Source: an uncultured delta proteobacterium (lineage in GTDB: Bacteria > Myxococcota_A > Polyangia > Polyangiales > Polyangiaceae). From it: a stretch of 64,000 nt of DNA. Each line of letters opens with the position of its first letter. Positions within the stretch are counted from its first letter, which is position 1. The DNA lies in NCBI GenBank assembly GCA_963841435.1, contig CAWJCS010000001.1, positions 358,597-422,596 on the forward strand, in the 5' to 3' direction. The notes below the pieces were generated by a model. It was not told where the DNA came from. It saw only the letters and a program-made list of their open reading frames with translations, and made no database searches. Position numbers and translations under genes: made by a program. Below, piece after piece: positions 9,369-18,981 of the stretch.

Positions 9369-9922
9369 GTCACCCCGTGAGTCACCCCGTGAGCTTCGAG
9401 GTCGCCACGAGCTATTTCGCGCGGGAGCTCCCGCTGGCCGACGAGCAGGAGCTCGAGGCGCACGCGATGGGTTGCGCCACGTGCCATGCGCGGCTCGCCG
9501 AAGTCGCCGAGGTCGTCGAGCTCGTGGGTCTCGCCGTGCGGAGCGGCAACGTTCTGCCGCTGCTCAGCGAGGCCACGCTCGCGCGCCTGCGAAAGAGCGG
9601 CCTCACGATCGAGGAGGCCAGTATCCGGAACGGCGCGATCGACGCCGTGTTTCCCGCGCACGCCGACCTCTTGATCGGGCGCTTCCCGAACTCACTCGGC
9701 GTGGGCAGGGTCCACCTCGAGTTTCGTGGCGAGCACGGTGGCGGCACCGTCGAGGACGTCGTGGTGGATGCGTCGAGCGATCTGCTCGTCTGCTGCACGC
9801 GCCAGCACTTCGGCGGCAAGCCCGGGCGCTACGACACGCGGCTGCGCTTCTTCGACGCGGCCGTTCCGGAGCGCTTGCTTGCGGAGTGGAAGCTGAGCCT
9901 GACTCTGGAGCCGCGGTCATGA
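9365..9922 (+). CDS. Putative zinc-binding (zf-HC2) anti-sigma factor
   Basis: ELEAHAMGCATC (HxxxCxxC); ATGA overlap with the ECF gene. Confidence 0.75.
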   Translation: MSHPVSHPVSFEVATSYFARELPLADEQELEAHAMGCATCHARLAEVAEVVELVGLAVRSGNVLPLLSEATLARLRKSGLTIEEASIRNGAIDAVFPAHADLLIGRFPNSLGVGRVHLEFRGEHGGGTVEDVVVDASSDLLVCCTRQHFGGKPGRYDTRLRFFDAAVPERLLAEWKLSLTLEPRS

Positions 9923-10040
9923 GGTGGGCGCGCCGGCGCCGGGACGGCGTGTGCACCGGATTGTGCCGACCTGTGCCGTCCGTCCCTGCCAGGTGGTATT
10001 GAGTCCGTAGGAATTCCAGGCGCTTGGAGCACATGCCATT

Positions 10041-10056
10041 CGGCATGTGATTTGCG
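10041..10056 (+). promoter_or_regulatory. Candidate sigma54 -24/-12 promoter overlapped by an inverted repeat
   Basis: CGGCATG-TGAT-TTGCG; palindrome CACATGCC-ATTC-GGCATGTG at 10030-10049. Confidence 0.55.
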
Positions 10057-10065
10057 TCCGTCTTT

Positions 10066-11472
10066 GTGATCGTGTGGTCCCTTTTTCGGCGTGGAACGGT
10101 GTGCGGGTTCGCCCTTGGTCTGGCGACAGGGTGCGGGTCGAGCACTCACGGCGGCGGCGATGGATCGGGCGCTGACGCTGGAGCGACCGCGGCGACCGCT
10201 GGGCAGGCGAGTGGAGGCGGTGGGTCGGGTGGCTCCGTTGGCGGAGGTCGCGGCGGCGACGCTGGCGCGCAAGAGGGCGCGGGAAAGGGCGGCGGGGCGG
10301 GTGACGGTGGTCAGGGCGGCTCGGGTGCGTCGGGTGGCGGTGGCTCTGCGCAGGGTGGTGCTGGTGACGGTGGCGGTGCTGGTGACGGTGGCGCGGGCGA
10401 CGGTGGCGCGGGTGACGTGGGCGAGCTCAGTGGCGAGTACTGGATCGATTCGGTGACGCTGGGTGGCGACTCGGCGCGCCATCTGCGTGTCGTTTCGGCG
10501 ACGGCGGCGATGGTCAACGCGCCCGGCGGGGGCGAGGTTTCGTACCCGATCGAGGTCGCGCCGGGCGCAGCGCTCGAGACCTTGGTGGAAAATGGAAGGC
10601 CCACGGTGCATGGCCCGATCGTGATCCGTGGCACCAACGAGGAGTTTGCGTTCGCGGAGGACCCGGGCGACGGCACGGCCGATGCGCTCGTGGTTCGCAG
10701 CGTGTCGTCGTGCACGCAGAATGTTCCCTCGTGGCAGTCGGGAACGGGCGTTGTCCGGCGCGACGCCGATCCGACGGTCGTCGAGGGGTTCTTGCCCGTC
10801 TGGATCCCGTGGCAATCGATGGCGCTCGGGTGCAAGAAGGCGGCAGCCGCGCCGCTTGAGTCGGGCATGACCGCGCGCTCGGGCGGCGCGGACGTGGCGA
10901 TCAGCTGGTCGGCGGCCTCCGTTGCCGGCGACCAGGTGTCGGTGTGGGCAACGCTCACCGATGGGCTCGGCCTCGTCGGGCAAACGATCACGTTTTCCGG
11001 CGGCCTGAGCTCGACGAACGGCGTCGCCTCACCGGTAGGTCCTGTCGACGTGCCCGTCTTCGACTTCGGCCCCGCGCGCACGGGCGCGTTGGACTTCACC
11101 GCGGCGAACCCACCGGAGCTCGCGATGCTCGGCAACCCCATGCGCGCGAGCTCGAGCGACACGCTGTGCCCGAGCGGCTGCCTCGTAATCAACACGAACC
11201 AGGGCATTGGGCTACGTCTGACGAGCCCCGGCTCCTCGCTTCGTATTCGAGCAACGGGCGGAGCGATCACGGTTCAGGCCCGCGCCGTGGGCCTCGACGC
11301 CGCCGACACGACCCAGAGCTTCGACGGCGTGAGCGAGCAGGATTTCCCGCTTCCCCCCGGCGCGAACGAGGTCTTCCTGACGATCACCGTCCCTTACGCG
11401 CCGCCGATGCAGAACACCTGCCCGGTCGCTTCGCCGCAGACGACCAGGCTTTTATCGGTGACGCCGAGCTAG
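10066..11472 (+). CDS. Hypothetical lipoprotein with Gly-rich linker
   Basis: Lipobox ATGC, ~95 aa Gly/Ala/Asp linker, then a beta-rich domain; GC3-rich codon usage. Confidence 0.7.
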   Translation: MIVWSLFRRGTVCGFALGLATGCGSSTHGGGDGSGADAGATAATAGQASGGGGSGGSVGGGRGGDAGAQEGAGKGGGAGDGGQGGSGASGGGGSAQGGAGDGGGAGDGGAGDGGAGDVGELSGEYWIDSVTLGGDSARHLRVVSATAAMVNAPGGGEVSYPIEVAPGAALETLVENGRPTVHGPIVIRGTNEEFAFAEDPGDGTADALVVRSVSSCTQNVPSWQSGTGVVRRDADPTVVEGFLPVWIPWQSMALGCKKAAAAPLESGMTARSGGADVAISWSAASVAGDQVSVWATLTDGLGLVGQTITFSGGLSSTNGVASPVGPVDVPVFDFGPARTGALDFTAANPPELAMLGNPMRASSSDTLCPSGCLVINTNQGIGLRLTSPGSSLRIRATGGAITVQARAVGLDAADTTQSFDGVSEQDFPLPPGANEVFLTITVPYAPPMQNTCPVASPQTTRLLSVTPS

Positions 11473-11482
11473 GCGAAGCTCT

Positions 11483-13270
11483 CTACTTGTTCATGATGAG
11501 CCCGACGATCTTCTCGTTGAAGCTCTGGGCGCTCGAGTACGTCCCCTGCATCCAGAGGAGCGCGGTGTGCGTCGAGTCCCACTTCGGCACGACGGGGCGA
11601 ATGTTGTCGGTGCTCGAGCTCTGGGTGATGGGCGTCCACGTGAAGGTCTTGCCGTTGTCGCACGTGGTGCCCTGCCAGATTTCGCGGTGCGAAAGCTTCG
11701 TCGTGTCGTCTCGCGGGTCGTAGGGCGTGGAAACGTAGATGATCGTCGGGTCGTCCGGGTCGAGCGCGGAGAGGCCCGTGTAGTCTTGCTCGGAGTCGTA
11801 GAGCTTGGTGCCGGCCTTGACGAGGTAGGTCGTCGTCCACTTCGTGCCGTCGAAGCGCGAGTAGAACATGCGCTTGTCCGGGTCGTCGGTTCCCGTGCCC
11901 GCCACGCGCCCCTGGCCGAGGACGGCAACCGTCCCATCGCCGTAGCGCACGATGTCGTGGTTCCACATGTGGTTGAGGGCCACGCCGTTGAGCGTCGTCC
12001 CCGTCTTGAACACGGACGTGAACGCCGACACGTCCTTGGCGGTGCCGTCGCCGAGGTTGTCGTCAACCACCGTGCCCGCGGAGTTGTAGACCTTGCCGCC
12101 CGAGACGTAGCCGTGCCAGAGGCTGTTGTCCTCGTCGCGCGGGTGGGCTTCCGTGCCGACCCAGTCGATGCGATCGACGCCGTTGCCCCAGTACTTGTAG
12201 TAGCCGGCGACGTAGCCCGTCTGCGGGCTGGCGGTCAGACGGCCGTAGAAGCTCCAGCTTCCGCCATTGTCCGTGGACGTGAGCGAGGCCGGGCTCGTGT
12301 CGACCGAACGGACGAAGCTCAAGAGCCGATTGCTCTCGGCCGACATCATCCACGGATTGGCGTAGGTGATCATGTTGGTGCTGGCGCCGGCCCAGGGGCA
12401 GCCGTTCGGCGACCAGCTGTAGGTCTTCGTCGGTGACCACGTCGAGCCGCTCAGCGTGGAAAAGTAGCTGTTGCAGTTCTCGCGGTGGGTCGCCCACATC
12501 GCGGCGACCGTTCCGGTACCGGTGATGACGAACCCGGGCGCGTTGTGATCGTCGACGCTCAGGGTATTGAGGACGGTTCTGGTGCCCATCTTCTGAGCAA
12601 TGTCGTAGACGACGGCCTCGACGTTGCCCGTGCGGTTGCCGCCGCTCCCGATCGACCCGATGACGAGGCGGTTGTTCGCGGTATCGACGACCACCCGCTC
12701 GTCCTGATACCAGCACCAGCCGCCGTTATCGTTGAAGGTGATGAGCTGCTCGGTGGGTGCACCCGTCGGCACCATGCAAGCGACGCCGCCCGTGCCCGCC
12801 GTGCCTGCCGAGCCACCCGCCGCGCCGCCCGCACCGCCGCCGCCCATCCCCGCCATGCCGCCGGCGCCTGCGTCGCCCGCCATGCCGGCACCGCCGCTGC
12901 CCGAGGTGCCGGCGCCGCCCCCGTTGCCAGCGCCGCCGCCACCGGCCGCTACCGTTCCCGCCACGCCGCCGGCTCCGCCAACCGGGCCTGCGCCGCCCGT
13001 GGTCGTGCCGGCATTCCCGCCGGTCACCGATCCAGCCGTTCCGCCGGTCACCGAGCCAGCGGTCCCGCCGGTGACGACGCCCGCTGTGCCGCCAGTTGCC
13101 GAACCGGCGCTGCCGCCAGCCACCGCGCCAGCCGTGCCGCCGGTGAGCGAGCCACCGGTCGCGCCGGTTGCCGAGCCGCCGGTTCCGCCGGTCGTGGCCG
13201 GGGACTGGTCGGAGCTACAGGCCGGGCCGAGCGCAGCCAGAAAGAAAACGCCAGTGAATGCTTTTTTCAT
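11483..13270 (-). CDS. BNR/Asp-box (BNR-4-like) beta-propeller lipoprotein
   Basis: MKKAF..GPAC lipobox, Gly-rich linker, GWCWYQD, DDHNAP, STDNGGSWS and TCDNGKTF Asp-boxes, DNIRPVVP. Confidence 0.8.
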   Translation of the reverse strand: MKKAFTGVFFLAALGPACSSDQSPATTGGTGGSATGATGGSLTGGTAGAVAGGSAGSATGGTAGVVTGGTAGSVTGGTAGSVTGGNAGTTTGGAGPVGGAGGVAGTVAAGGGGAGNGGGAGTSGSGGAGMAGDAGAGGMAGMGGGGAGGAAGGSAGTAGTGGVACMVPTGAPTEQLITFNDNGGWCWYQDERVVVDTANNRLVIGSIGSGGNRTGNVEAVVYDIAQKMGTRTVLNTLSVDDHNAPGFVITGTGTVAAMWATHRENCNSYFSTLSGSTWSPTKTYSWSPNGCPWAGASTNMITYANPWMMSAESNRLLSFVRSVDTSPASLTSTDNGGSWSFYGRLTASPQTGYVAGYYKYWGNGVDRIDWVGTEAHPRDEDNSLWHGYVSGGKVYNSAGTVVDDNLGDGTAKDVSAFTSVFKTGTTLNGVALNHMWNHDIVRYGDGTVAVLGQGRVAGTGTDDPDKRMFYSRFDGTKWTTTYLVKAGTKLYDSEQDYTGLSALDPDDPTIIYVSTPYDPRDDTTKLSHREIWQGTTCDNGKTFTWTPITQSSSTDNIRPVVPKWDSTHTALLWMQGTYSSAQSFNEKIVGLIMNK

Positions 13271-13447
13271 GCGTGCGTTCCTACATTCCCGGTTAACGGT
13301 CGAATCATTGCCGGTCGTGCACAACTGGACAAGGTGGCGCCGAAAATGTCGCTAGCCCATGCTGCTATCCCCTGATTCCCCGGTGACTGGGAAAAAAAAT
13401 TCCCGCAGGGTCTGATCTCCCCAGGACGGACCGCGCAGTTCTGCCGC

Positions 13448-14812
13448 ATGACTCCGACCATCACGTTCCTTGGCGCCGCGGAGACCGTCACGGGCTCACG
13501 CTATCTGCTCGAGGCGGACGGCGCGCGCGTGCTGCTCGACTGCGGGCTGTTCCAGGGTTTCAAAAAGTTGCGGCAGCGCAACTGGTCGCCGTTGCCGTTC
13601 GACCCAGCGTCGCTCGACGCCGTCGTGCTCACGCACGCGCACGTCGATCACTCGGGCTACCTGCCGAAGCTCTGCCAGGCCGGCTTCAAGGGCAAGGTCC
13701 ACTGCACCGAGGGCACTCGCCAGCTGCTCGAGATCCTCTTGCCCGACTCCGGTTACCTGCAGGAGGAGGACGCGAAGCGCGCGAACAAGTACGGCTACAC
13801 GCGGCACCAGCCCGCGCGGCCGCTCTACACGGTGGACGACGCGAAGGCGAGCCTCGAGCAGCTCGTCCCCGCGCCGTATCACGAGCCCATCGAGGTGGCC
13901 CCCGGCGTCACGGCGCGCTTCTCGCGTGCGGGGCACATTCTCGGCTCGGCCTGCGTCGAGCTCCACCTCGGCGGGCGGACCATCACGTTCACGGGTGATG
14001 TCGGTCGAGCTCGGGATCCGATCATGCGGCCGCCGGAGCCCCTCCGCCCGACCGAGTTCTTGGTCACGGAATCGACTTACGGCGACCGCCGGCATCCCGA
14101 GGGGGACGTGTCCGAGGCGCTCGGGCGCATCGTGAACGAGACGGCGGAGCGGCACGGCGTGCTCGTGGTGCCGGCTTTTGCCGTGGGTCGCGCCCAGCAC
14201 ATCTTGCACCTCTTGGCAGAGCTGAAGCGGGAAAAGCAGATCCCCGATCTCCCGGTGTTCCTCGACAGTCCGATGGCGATCAACGCGACGGACATCTTCT
14301 GCCCGCATTCGGAAGACCATCGGCTCTCACCCGAGGCGTGCCGGGCGATGTGCGAAACGGCAAAGTACGCACGGACGCCCGAGCACTCCAAGGCGATCGA
14401 TCGGCGTTCGGGGCCGATGATCGTCGTCTCGGCAAGCGGCATGGCGACGGGTGGTCGCGTGCTGCATCACCTGCAGCGCTTCCTGCCGGAGGAGCGGCAC
14501 ACCGTGCTGTTCGTGGGCTACCAGGCGGGCGGCACGCGCGGCCGCGCGCTGCTCGACGGCGCGGACGAGGTGAAGATCCACGGCCAGTACGTGCGCGTGC
14601 GGGCCCAGGTGCGCGAGCTTCGTGGCCTGTCGGCGCACGCCGACTATCGCGAAATGCTCGACTGGTTTTCGCTCGGCACGCTCGCGCCGCGCCGGGTTTT
14701 CGTGACGCACGGCGAGCCGGCCGCCGCCGACGCCTTCCGCCGCCGCCTGCGCGACACCTTCCAGTGGGACGCCGTCGTGCCGGACGACGGCTCGACGTGG
14801 GAGCTTCGCTAG
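13448..14812 (+). CDS. MBL-fold beta-CASP ribonuclease
   Basis: FLGAAETVTGS, LTHAHVDHSG, AGHILGSA, ESTYGDR, PAFAVGRAQ, SAHAD, VTHGE. Confidence 0.93.
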   Translation: MTPTITFLGAAETVTGSRYLLEADGARVLLDCGLFQGFKKLRQRNWSPLPFDPASLDAVVLTHAHVDHSGYLPKLCQAGFKGKVHCTEGTRQLLEILLPDSGYLQEEDAKRANKYGYTRHQPARPLYTVDDAKASLEQLVPAPYHEPIEVAPGVTARFSRAGHILGSACVELHLGGRTITFTGDVGRARDPIMRPPEPLRPTEFLVTESTYGDRRHPEGDVSEALGRIVNETAERHGVLVVPAFAVGRAQHILHLLAELKREKQIPDLPVFLDSPMAINATDIFCPHSEDHRLSPEACRAMCETAKYARTPEHSKAIDRRSGPMIVVSASGMATGGRVLHHLQRFLPEERHTVLFVGYQAGGTRGRALLDGADEVKIHGQYVRVRAQVRELRGLSAHADYREMLDWFSLGTLAPRRVFVTHGEPAAADAFRRRLRDTFQWDAVVPDDGSTWELR

Positions 14813-15220
14813 CCCCAACCCACGAGGTGGCACGAACAGATCACGATCGGGGAGAGCTGCCCCTCGCCACGAGAAAGCCGGTGAGGCCGGGTGGACAATG
14901 TGGAAGTGAGATCTTTGGTTGAAGTCGGTGCGCCTGGTTCAACCGGGGCATGCGCCGCTTGACCCCCTCGCTTCACGATTGCACCCTTCGAGCGTGGATC
15001 GGAGCGGTGGCACGGTCTCTCGATGGTTCGGTGTAGCGCTCATCGCCGGTGCCTTCGTCAACGCCGCCTCTGCCGCCTTCAGGCCTTCTGCGGGTACGAT
15101 TCGGATCGGTTTGCCTGCGACCCGGTCCGGCTCTGCGACTGACCTGGGAGCCCGGCGAGTCGCTGGCTCGGGTGCGTGCCGCGCTACGGACTCTGCTAAG
15201 CTTCGAGGGTGGGAGCTGCG

Positions 15221-16300
15221 GTGAGAACCCGACTGAGCCGTCGAGTCATTGGGACAGCCTCGCTCGCGCTGCTCGCCGTGCTCGGCTGCGGCGGTCAGAG
15301 CAAAACGACGTTCGACGACTCGGTGAGCCAGGGTGGTGCGGCGGCTTCGGGAGCCACGGGCGGCGTCGGAGGCTCGACAGGTGGCGGCGGGGCCGGCGGT
15401 TCGAGCGCCAGCGTCGGGAGCGGCGGCGCTGGAGCGACCGGTGGCAGCAGCGCGGCGGGCGGCACGGGCGGCACCGTGAGCGGCACGGGCGGCACCGTGA
15501 GCGGCACGGGTGGCACGGTGAGCGGCGCCGGTGGCACCGCTGGGAGCGCGGTGAGCGGTGCGGGTGGCACCGTGAGCGGTGCGGGTGGAGACGCAGGCAG
15601 CGCGGGCGCGAGCGCCGGAGCATCGGGCTCCCCGAGTGGGCCCAGCATCATCGGTGAGTGGGGAATGTTCTGGTTCGAGGATCCCGTGGTCGTCGCGATC
15701 TCACAAGACGGGAGCGCTCTGAGCGGCACGGGGTGCTGCGGTGGGTTCACCTCGATCAGCCTCTGCTGCGGCCCGCTCATGGGCACACGTGACGACCAAC
15801 GGGCAAGCTTCTCTTTTCTGATCAGTGATTTTGGCGGCGTGGTTTACGGCTCGAGCGTGTTCATCTCGGCGGATGCCATGCGCATGGGGGGCACGTTTAC
15901 CGCCGACGGAAACAAGGACTTCGATGTCGCCTGGGTTCGGGTCGATGAGCAGGTGGGAACCCTCGGCTCACCACCTTCTGCGCTCAGGGAAGCGCTCGGC
16001 GCTCGGGCGGGAACCTTCCAGCTCTTGCTGGAGTCGGAGCTGGTGGATCGCTTCCAGCCCCTCACGGCGTACCAGCTGAGCCTCGGGTCGGAAGGTTTCA
16101 TTCGCGGCGACTTCGGCCCCTTCTACTTCGGCGAGATGAATTACGACGAAGTCGGGGACACGCTCGTCGTGGGGCCCGTGCCCGAGACCGACCCGCGCTT
16201 CGCCACGAAGCTCGAGCTCCGCTTCCAAGCCGGTGAGCTCACCAACGTCGTCGCGACGTATCCGGGTGAATCGCCGTATTTCTTCCACGCCTCGCGGTAG
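15221..16300 (+). CDS. Hypothetical lipoprotein with Gly-rich linker
   Basis: Lipobox VLGC; GGTVSG(T/A) repeats (21-bp tandem units ~15460-15590); globular C-terminal domain. Confidence 0.72.
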   Translation: MRTRLSRRVIGTASLALLAVLGCGGQSKTTFDDSVSQGGAAASGATGGVGGSTGGGGAGGSSASVGSGGAGATGGSSAAGGTGGTVSGTGGTVSGTGGTVSGAGGTAGSAVSGAGGTVSGAGGDAGSAGASAGASGSPSGPSIIGEWGMFWFEDPVVVAISQDGSALSGTGCCGGFTSISLCCGPLMGTRDDQRASFSFLISDFGGVVYGSSVFISADAMRMGGTFTADGNKDFDVAWVRVDEQVGTLGSPPSALREALGARAGTFQLLLESELVDRFQPLTAYQLSLGSEGFIRGDFGPFYFGEMNYDEVGDTLVVGPVPETDPRFATKLELRFQAGELTNVVATYPGESPYFFHASR

Positions 16301-16351
16301 GCGCCGCGCGCTCGGGGGCGGCTCGGTGGCCCCGCCCGCTCGCTCGCGCCG

Positions 16352-16642
16352 CTACTCCGACGTTCCCGGGCCACGTCGCGAGCGCGGGCGGATCGTACCG
16401 ACGACCTCGCTCACGATGGGCACGCCGTCGATCGTCTGCGGCATCTTCGATTTGCGCGGCGCCTTGCGCAGCCCCCGGGAGTGCGAGATACCGAGCGCGA
16501 CCACCGGCCGACTATTGCTCGCGCTCACGGCGCGCGCGCTGACGACGTTGAGCGCGAGGGCGCGCACGGCGCGTGGCGCCAGAGACTTTCGCAACAGCCC
16601 CGGCAAGGAGCGCTTGAGGTCTCGCACCGATTCGATCTTCAT
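16352..16642 (-). CDS. Small basic hypothetical protein (possible protease pro-region remnant)
   Basis: GAGGAGG RBS before MKIESVRDLK; ends with P.TIDGVPIVSEVVGTIRP. Confidence 0.5.
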   Translation of the reverse strand: MKIESVRDLKRSLPGLLRKSLAPRAVRALALNVVSARAVSASNSRPVVALGISHSRGLRKAPRKSKMPQTIDGVPIVSEVVGTIRPRSRRGPGTSE

Positions 16643-16704
16643 CGCATCCTCCTCGTGCCGGTCTGTTGCTCGGCACCTTGTCGGCGAGCTCACCCGCCGG
16701 TCAA

Positions 16705-17652
16705 CTAGTCATTTGTTCTGGTGGGGAGTCCACGAGAGCGAGTCTGTGGGGCAGGGAATTCGCCCCGGACGAAGCCCGAGCCCGAGAGGCCCTGCACGTC
16801 GAGCGAAGTCGTTTGCAGGTTGCCCGCCATCGCCACGGCGGCGATGACGAAGCCGCCCTCGTCGACGTCGACCGTCAGCGAGCCGGAGGGCATCGCGGCG
16901 AGTGTCTTCGAGTCGTCGAAGCCGCTCGGGTTTTTTAGGTCGTAGGCGACGAAGAGCGAGACGACGAATCTCTGGACGGGGACGCTCAGCTCGACGTCGA
17001 TGCTCGCCATGCTGCCCGTGGGGGAGGGGCGCCATGAAGACGGACGACGTGGCCGTCGGCATCGCGTCTTCGCCCACGGCGACGAGCTTCGTCGCCTCGA
17101 CGCCGGCGATGCGCACATGGTCGGTCGAGACGAGAACGTTGCTCAACGCCTGCGCGACCACGAACAGCGCACGGCTCGGGTCCTCCCGGCCCAGGCTGAA
17201 CGGCCCCAGCGTGTACGCGGTGGCGGTGTCGAGCGACTCCTGGGTCGAGAGGTATTGGACGGTCGTCGGGCCTCCCGCTCCGGTTCCGGCCGTGCCCTCC
17301 TCACCCGCGCCGCCTCCGGTTGCCGAGGCTCCGGCCGCGCCGGCGCCGCCCGAAGCTCCGGCGCTTCCACCCATCCCGTTGCCGGCGCCCCCAGAATTTC
17401 ACTGCCGGCGTCTCCGCCGCTCGCATCGCCGCTCCCACCCGCATCGCCGCCCACCGCCGCACCGGCGCTGCCGCCCGCGCCGCCGCGACCCGCGCCGCCC
17501 GCAGCCGAGGTACCGCCACCGCCCGCGACAGCGCCGCCCGCAGCCGAGGTACCGCCACCGCCCGCGCCGTGCCCGCCATCCTCCGAGTTGGTACCGCATG
17601 CGCCCGCCGCAACCAGCGAGGCAACGCCCACGACACCAATCCACCACCGCAT
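16705..17652 (-). CDS. Gly-rich lipoprotein split by two frameshifts (~17395, ~17020)
   Basis: MRWWIGVVGVASLVAAGAC lipobox; continues in ORF 16709..17374, then 16705..17118; the second break is in a homopolymer run. Confidence 0.6.
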
Positions 17653-17757
17653 CCTCACAGGATACCCGACGCGCCGCTTGTGGGCGAACTGGGCTCTCGA
17701 GGCCGTTCGGTGGGGGGCGTCCTCCGCTCGACGCCCGGTCATGGTACTTGTCCGCCC

Positions 17758-18339
17758 ATGATCAACGGGGCGCACGTCATCATTCAGAGCAAGGATCCGG
17801 ACGCCGACCGCGCGTTCTTTCAAGAGGTGCTCGGCCTGCCCCACGTGGACGTGGGCGGGGGCTGGCTCATCTTCGCGTTGCCGCCCTCGGAGGTGGCGGT
17901 CCATCCGTCGGAGAAGAACAACGTTCAGGAGTTTTACCTCATGTGTGAGGACGTGAACGCGCTCGTGACCGCGCTCACCGACGACGCGATCGTCTGCGGT
18001 CCGATCGAGGACCAGGGTTGGGGGTTGCTCACGTCGATCACGCTTCCCGGCGGCGGCACGCTCGGCGTGTACGAGCCGCGCCACGCGCGACCGAGCGGCG
18101 CAGCGATGTCAGCGACGCCGGCGCGCGCGGCGGCGCCGAAGAAGGTAGCGGCGAAGAAGGCAGCACCGAAGAAGGCAGCACCGAAGAAGGCAGCACCGAA
18201 GAAGGCAGCACCAAAGAAGGCTGCGCCAAAGAAGGCTGTGCCAAAGAAGGCTGTGCCAAAGAAGGCTGCGCCAAAGAAGGCAGCACCGAAGAAGGCAGCA
18301 TCGAAACCCGCCAAGCGGGCGAAAGGCCGGAAAAAATAG
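17758..18339 (+). CDS. VOC/glyoxalase family protein with histone H1-like PKKAA tail
   Basis: MINGAHVIIQSKDPDADRAFF..VLG...VDVGGGWLIFALPPSEVAVHP..FYLMCED..DQGWG..T.I.LPGGG.LGVYEPRH, followed by Lys/Ala/Pro repeats. Confidence 0.85.
   Translation: MINGAHVIIQSKDPDADRAFFQEVLGLPHVDVGGGWLIFALPPSEVAVHPSEKNNVQEFYLMCEDVNALVTALTDDAIVCGPIEDQGWGLLTSITLPGGGTLGVYEPRHARPSGAAMSATPARAAAPKKVAAKKAAPKKAAPKKAAPKKAAPKKAAPKKAVPKKAVPKKAAPKKAAPKKAASKPAKRAKGRKK
18136..18300 (+). repeat. 15-bp tandem repeat x~11 (CC[GA]AAGAAGGC[AT]G..) encoding PKKAA
   Basis: Directly visible tandem array. Confidence 0.9.
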
Positions 18340-18351
18340 CGGCTCGCGCCC

Positions 18352-18960
18352 ATGGACGACATCGATCACATCCTCACTTACTGGCTCGACCCAAAACCGC
18401 AGTCGGAGGTGGACGCCGCCGCGCGGTGGAAGTTCTGGTTCTCGAGCTCGGATGTCGTCGATAAGGAGGTCCGCGAGCGCTTCGGTGTGCTCGTGGATCG
18501 GGCGCGGCGAGGGGAGCTCGATGAGTGGACGGCGACGCCGCGGGGCGCGCTCGCGCTCATCATTCTCATCGATCAATTTTCACGGAACCTCTATCGGGGG
18601 ACGCCGGAAGCGTTTTCGGCTGACCCTCATGCCCTGGCGCTCGCGCGCGCCGGGTTCGAAAACGGCGCGTTCACGGACTTCGACGTGTTCGACCACGTGT
18701 TCGTGGCGCTGCCGTTCCGCCACGCGGAAGACCTCGAGGCGCAGCGGTTCGCGCTCGACGTGGCGCAGCGTGACGCGATGCGCGGCGCGCCGGCGCACCG
18801 CGCGTTTCTCGTCAACAGCGTGGTCTGGGCGCGAAAGCACTACGACGTGATCGCTCGCTTCGGGCGCTTTCCTCATCGCAACGCCGCGCTCGGTCGCGCG
18901 ACGACGCCCGAAGAGGCGGAGTATCTGGAGTACCTGAAGCTCGCGGGCGAGTGGCTGTGA
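18352..18960 (+). CDS. DUF924 family protein
   Basis: WF...D..VRERF, LALIILIDQFSRNLYRGT..AFSAD..AL, LPFRHAEDL, H.DVIARFGRFPHRN.ALGR.TTPEE. Confidence 0.92.
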   Translation: MDDIDHILTYWLDPKPQSEVDAAARWKFWFSSSDVVDKEVRERFGVLVDRARRGELDEWTATPRGALALIILIDQFSRNLYRGTPEAFSADPHALALARAGFENGAFTDFDVFDHVFVALPFRHAEDLEAQRFALDVAQRDAMRGAPAHRAFLVNSVVWARKHYDVIARFGRFPHRNAALGRATTPEEAEYLEYLKLAGEWL

Positions 18961-18981
18961 GCCGCCTACCCACGCGTCCGC

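Noticed and set aside
9366-9393. 12-bp tandem duplication at the anti-sigma start (SHPVSHPV)
   Set aside because: In-frame micro-duplication with no evident functional consequence.
13448-14812. beta-CASP nuclease as a defence system
   Set aside because: Ordinary stand-alone family member with no defence partners nearby.
14812-15209. 400-bp gap with short ORFs or possible ncRNA
   Set aside because: No recognisable RNA family, repeat or protein motif; may be a decayed gene.
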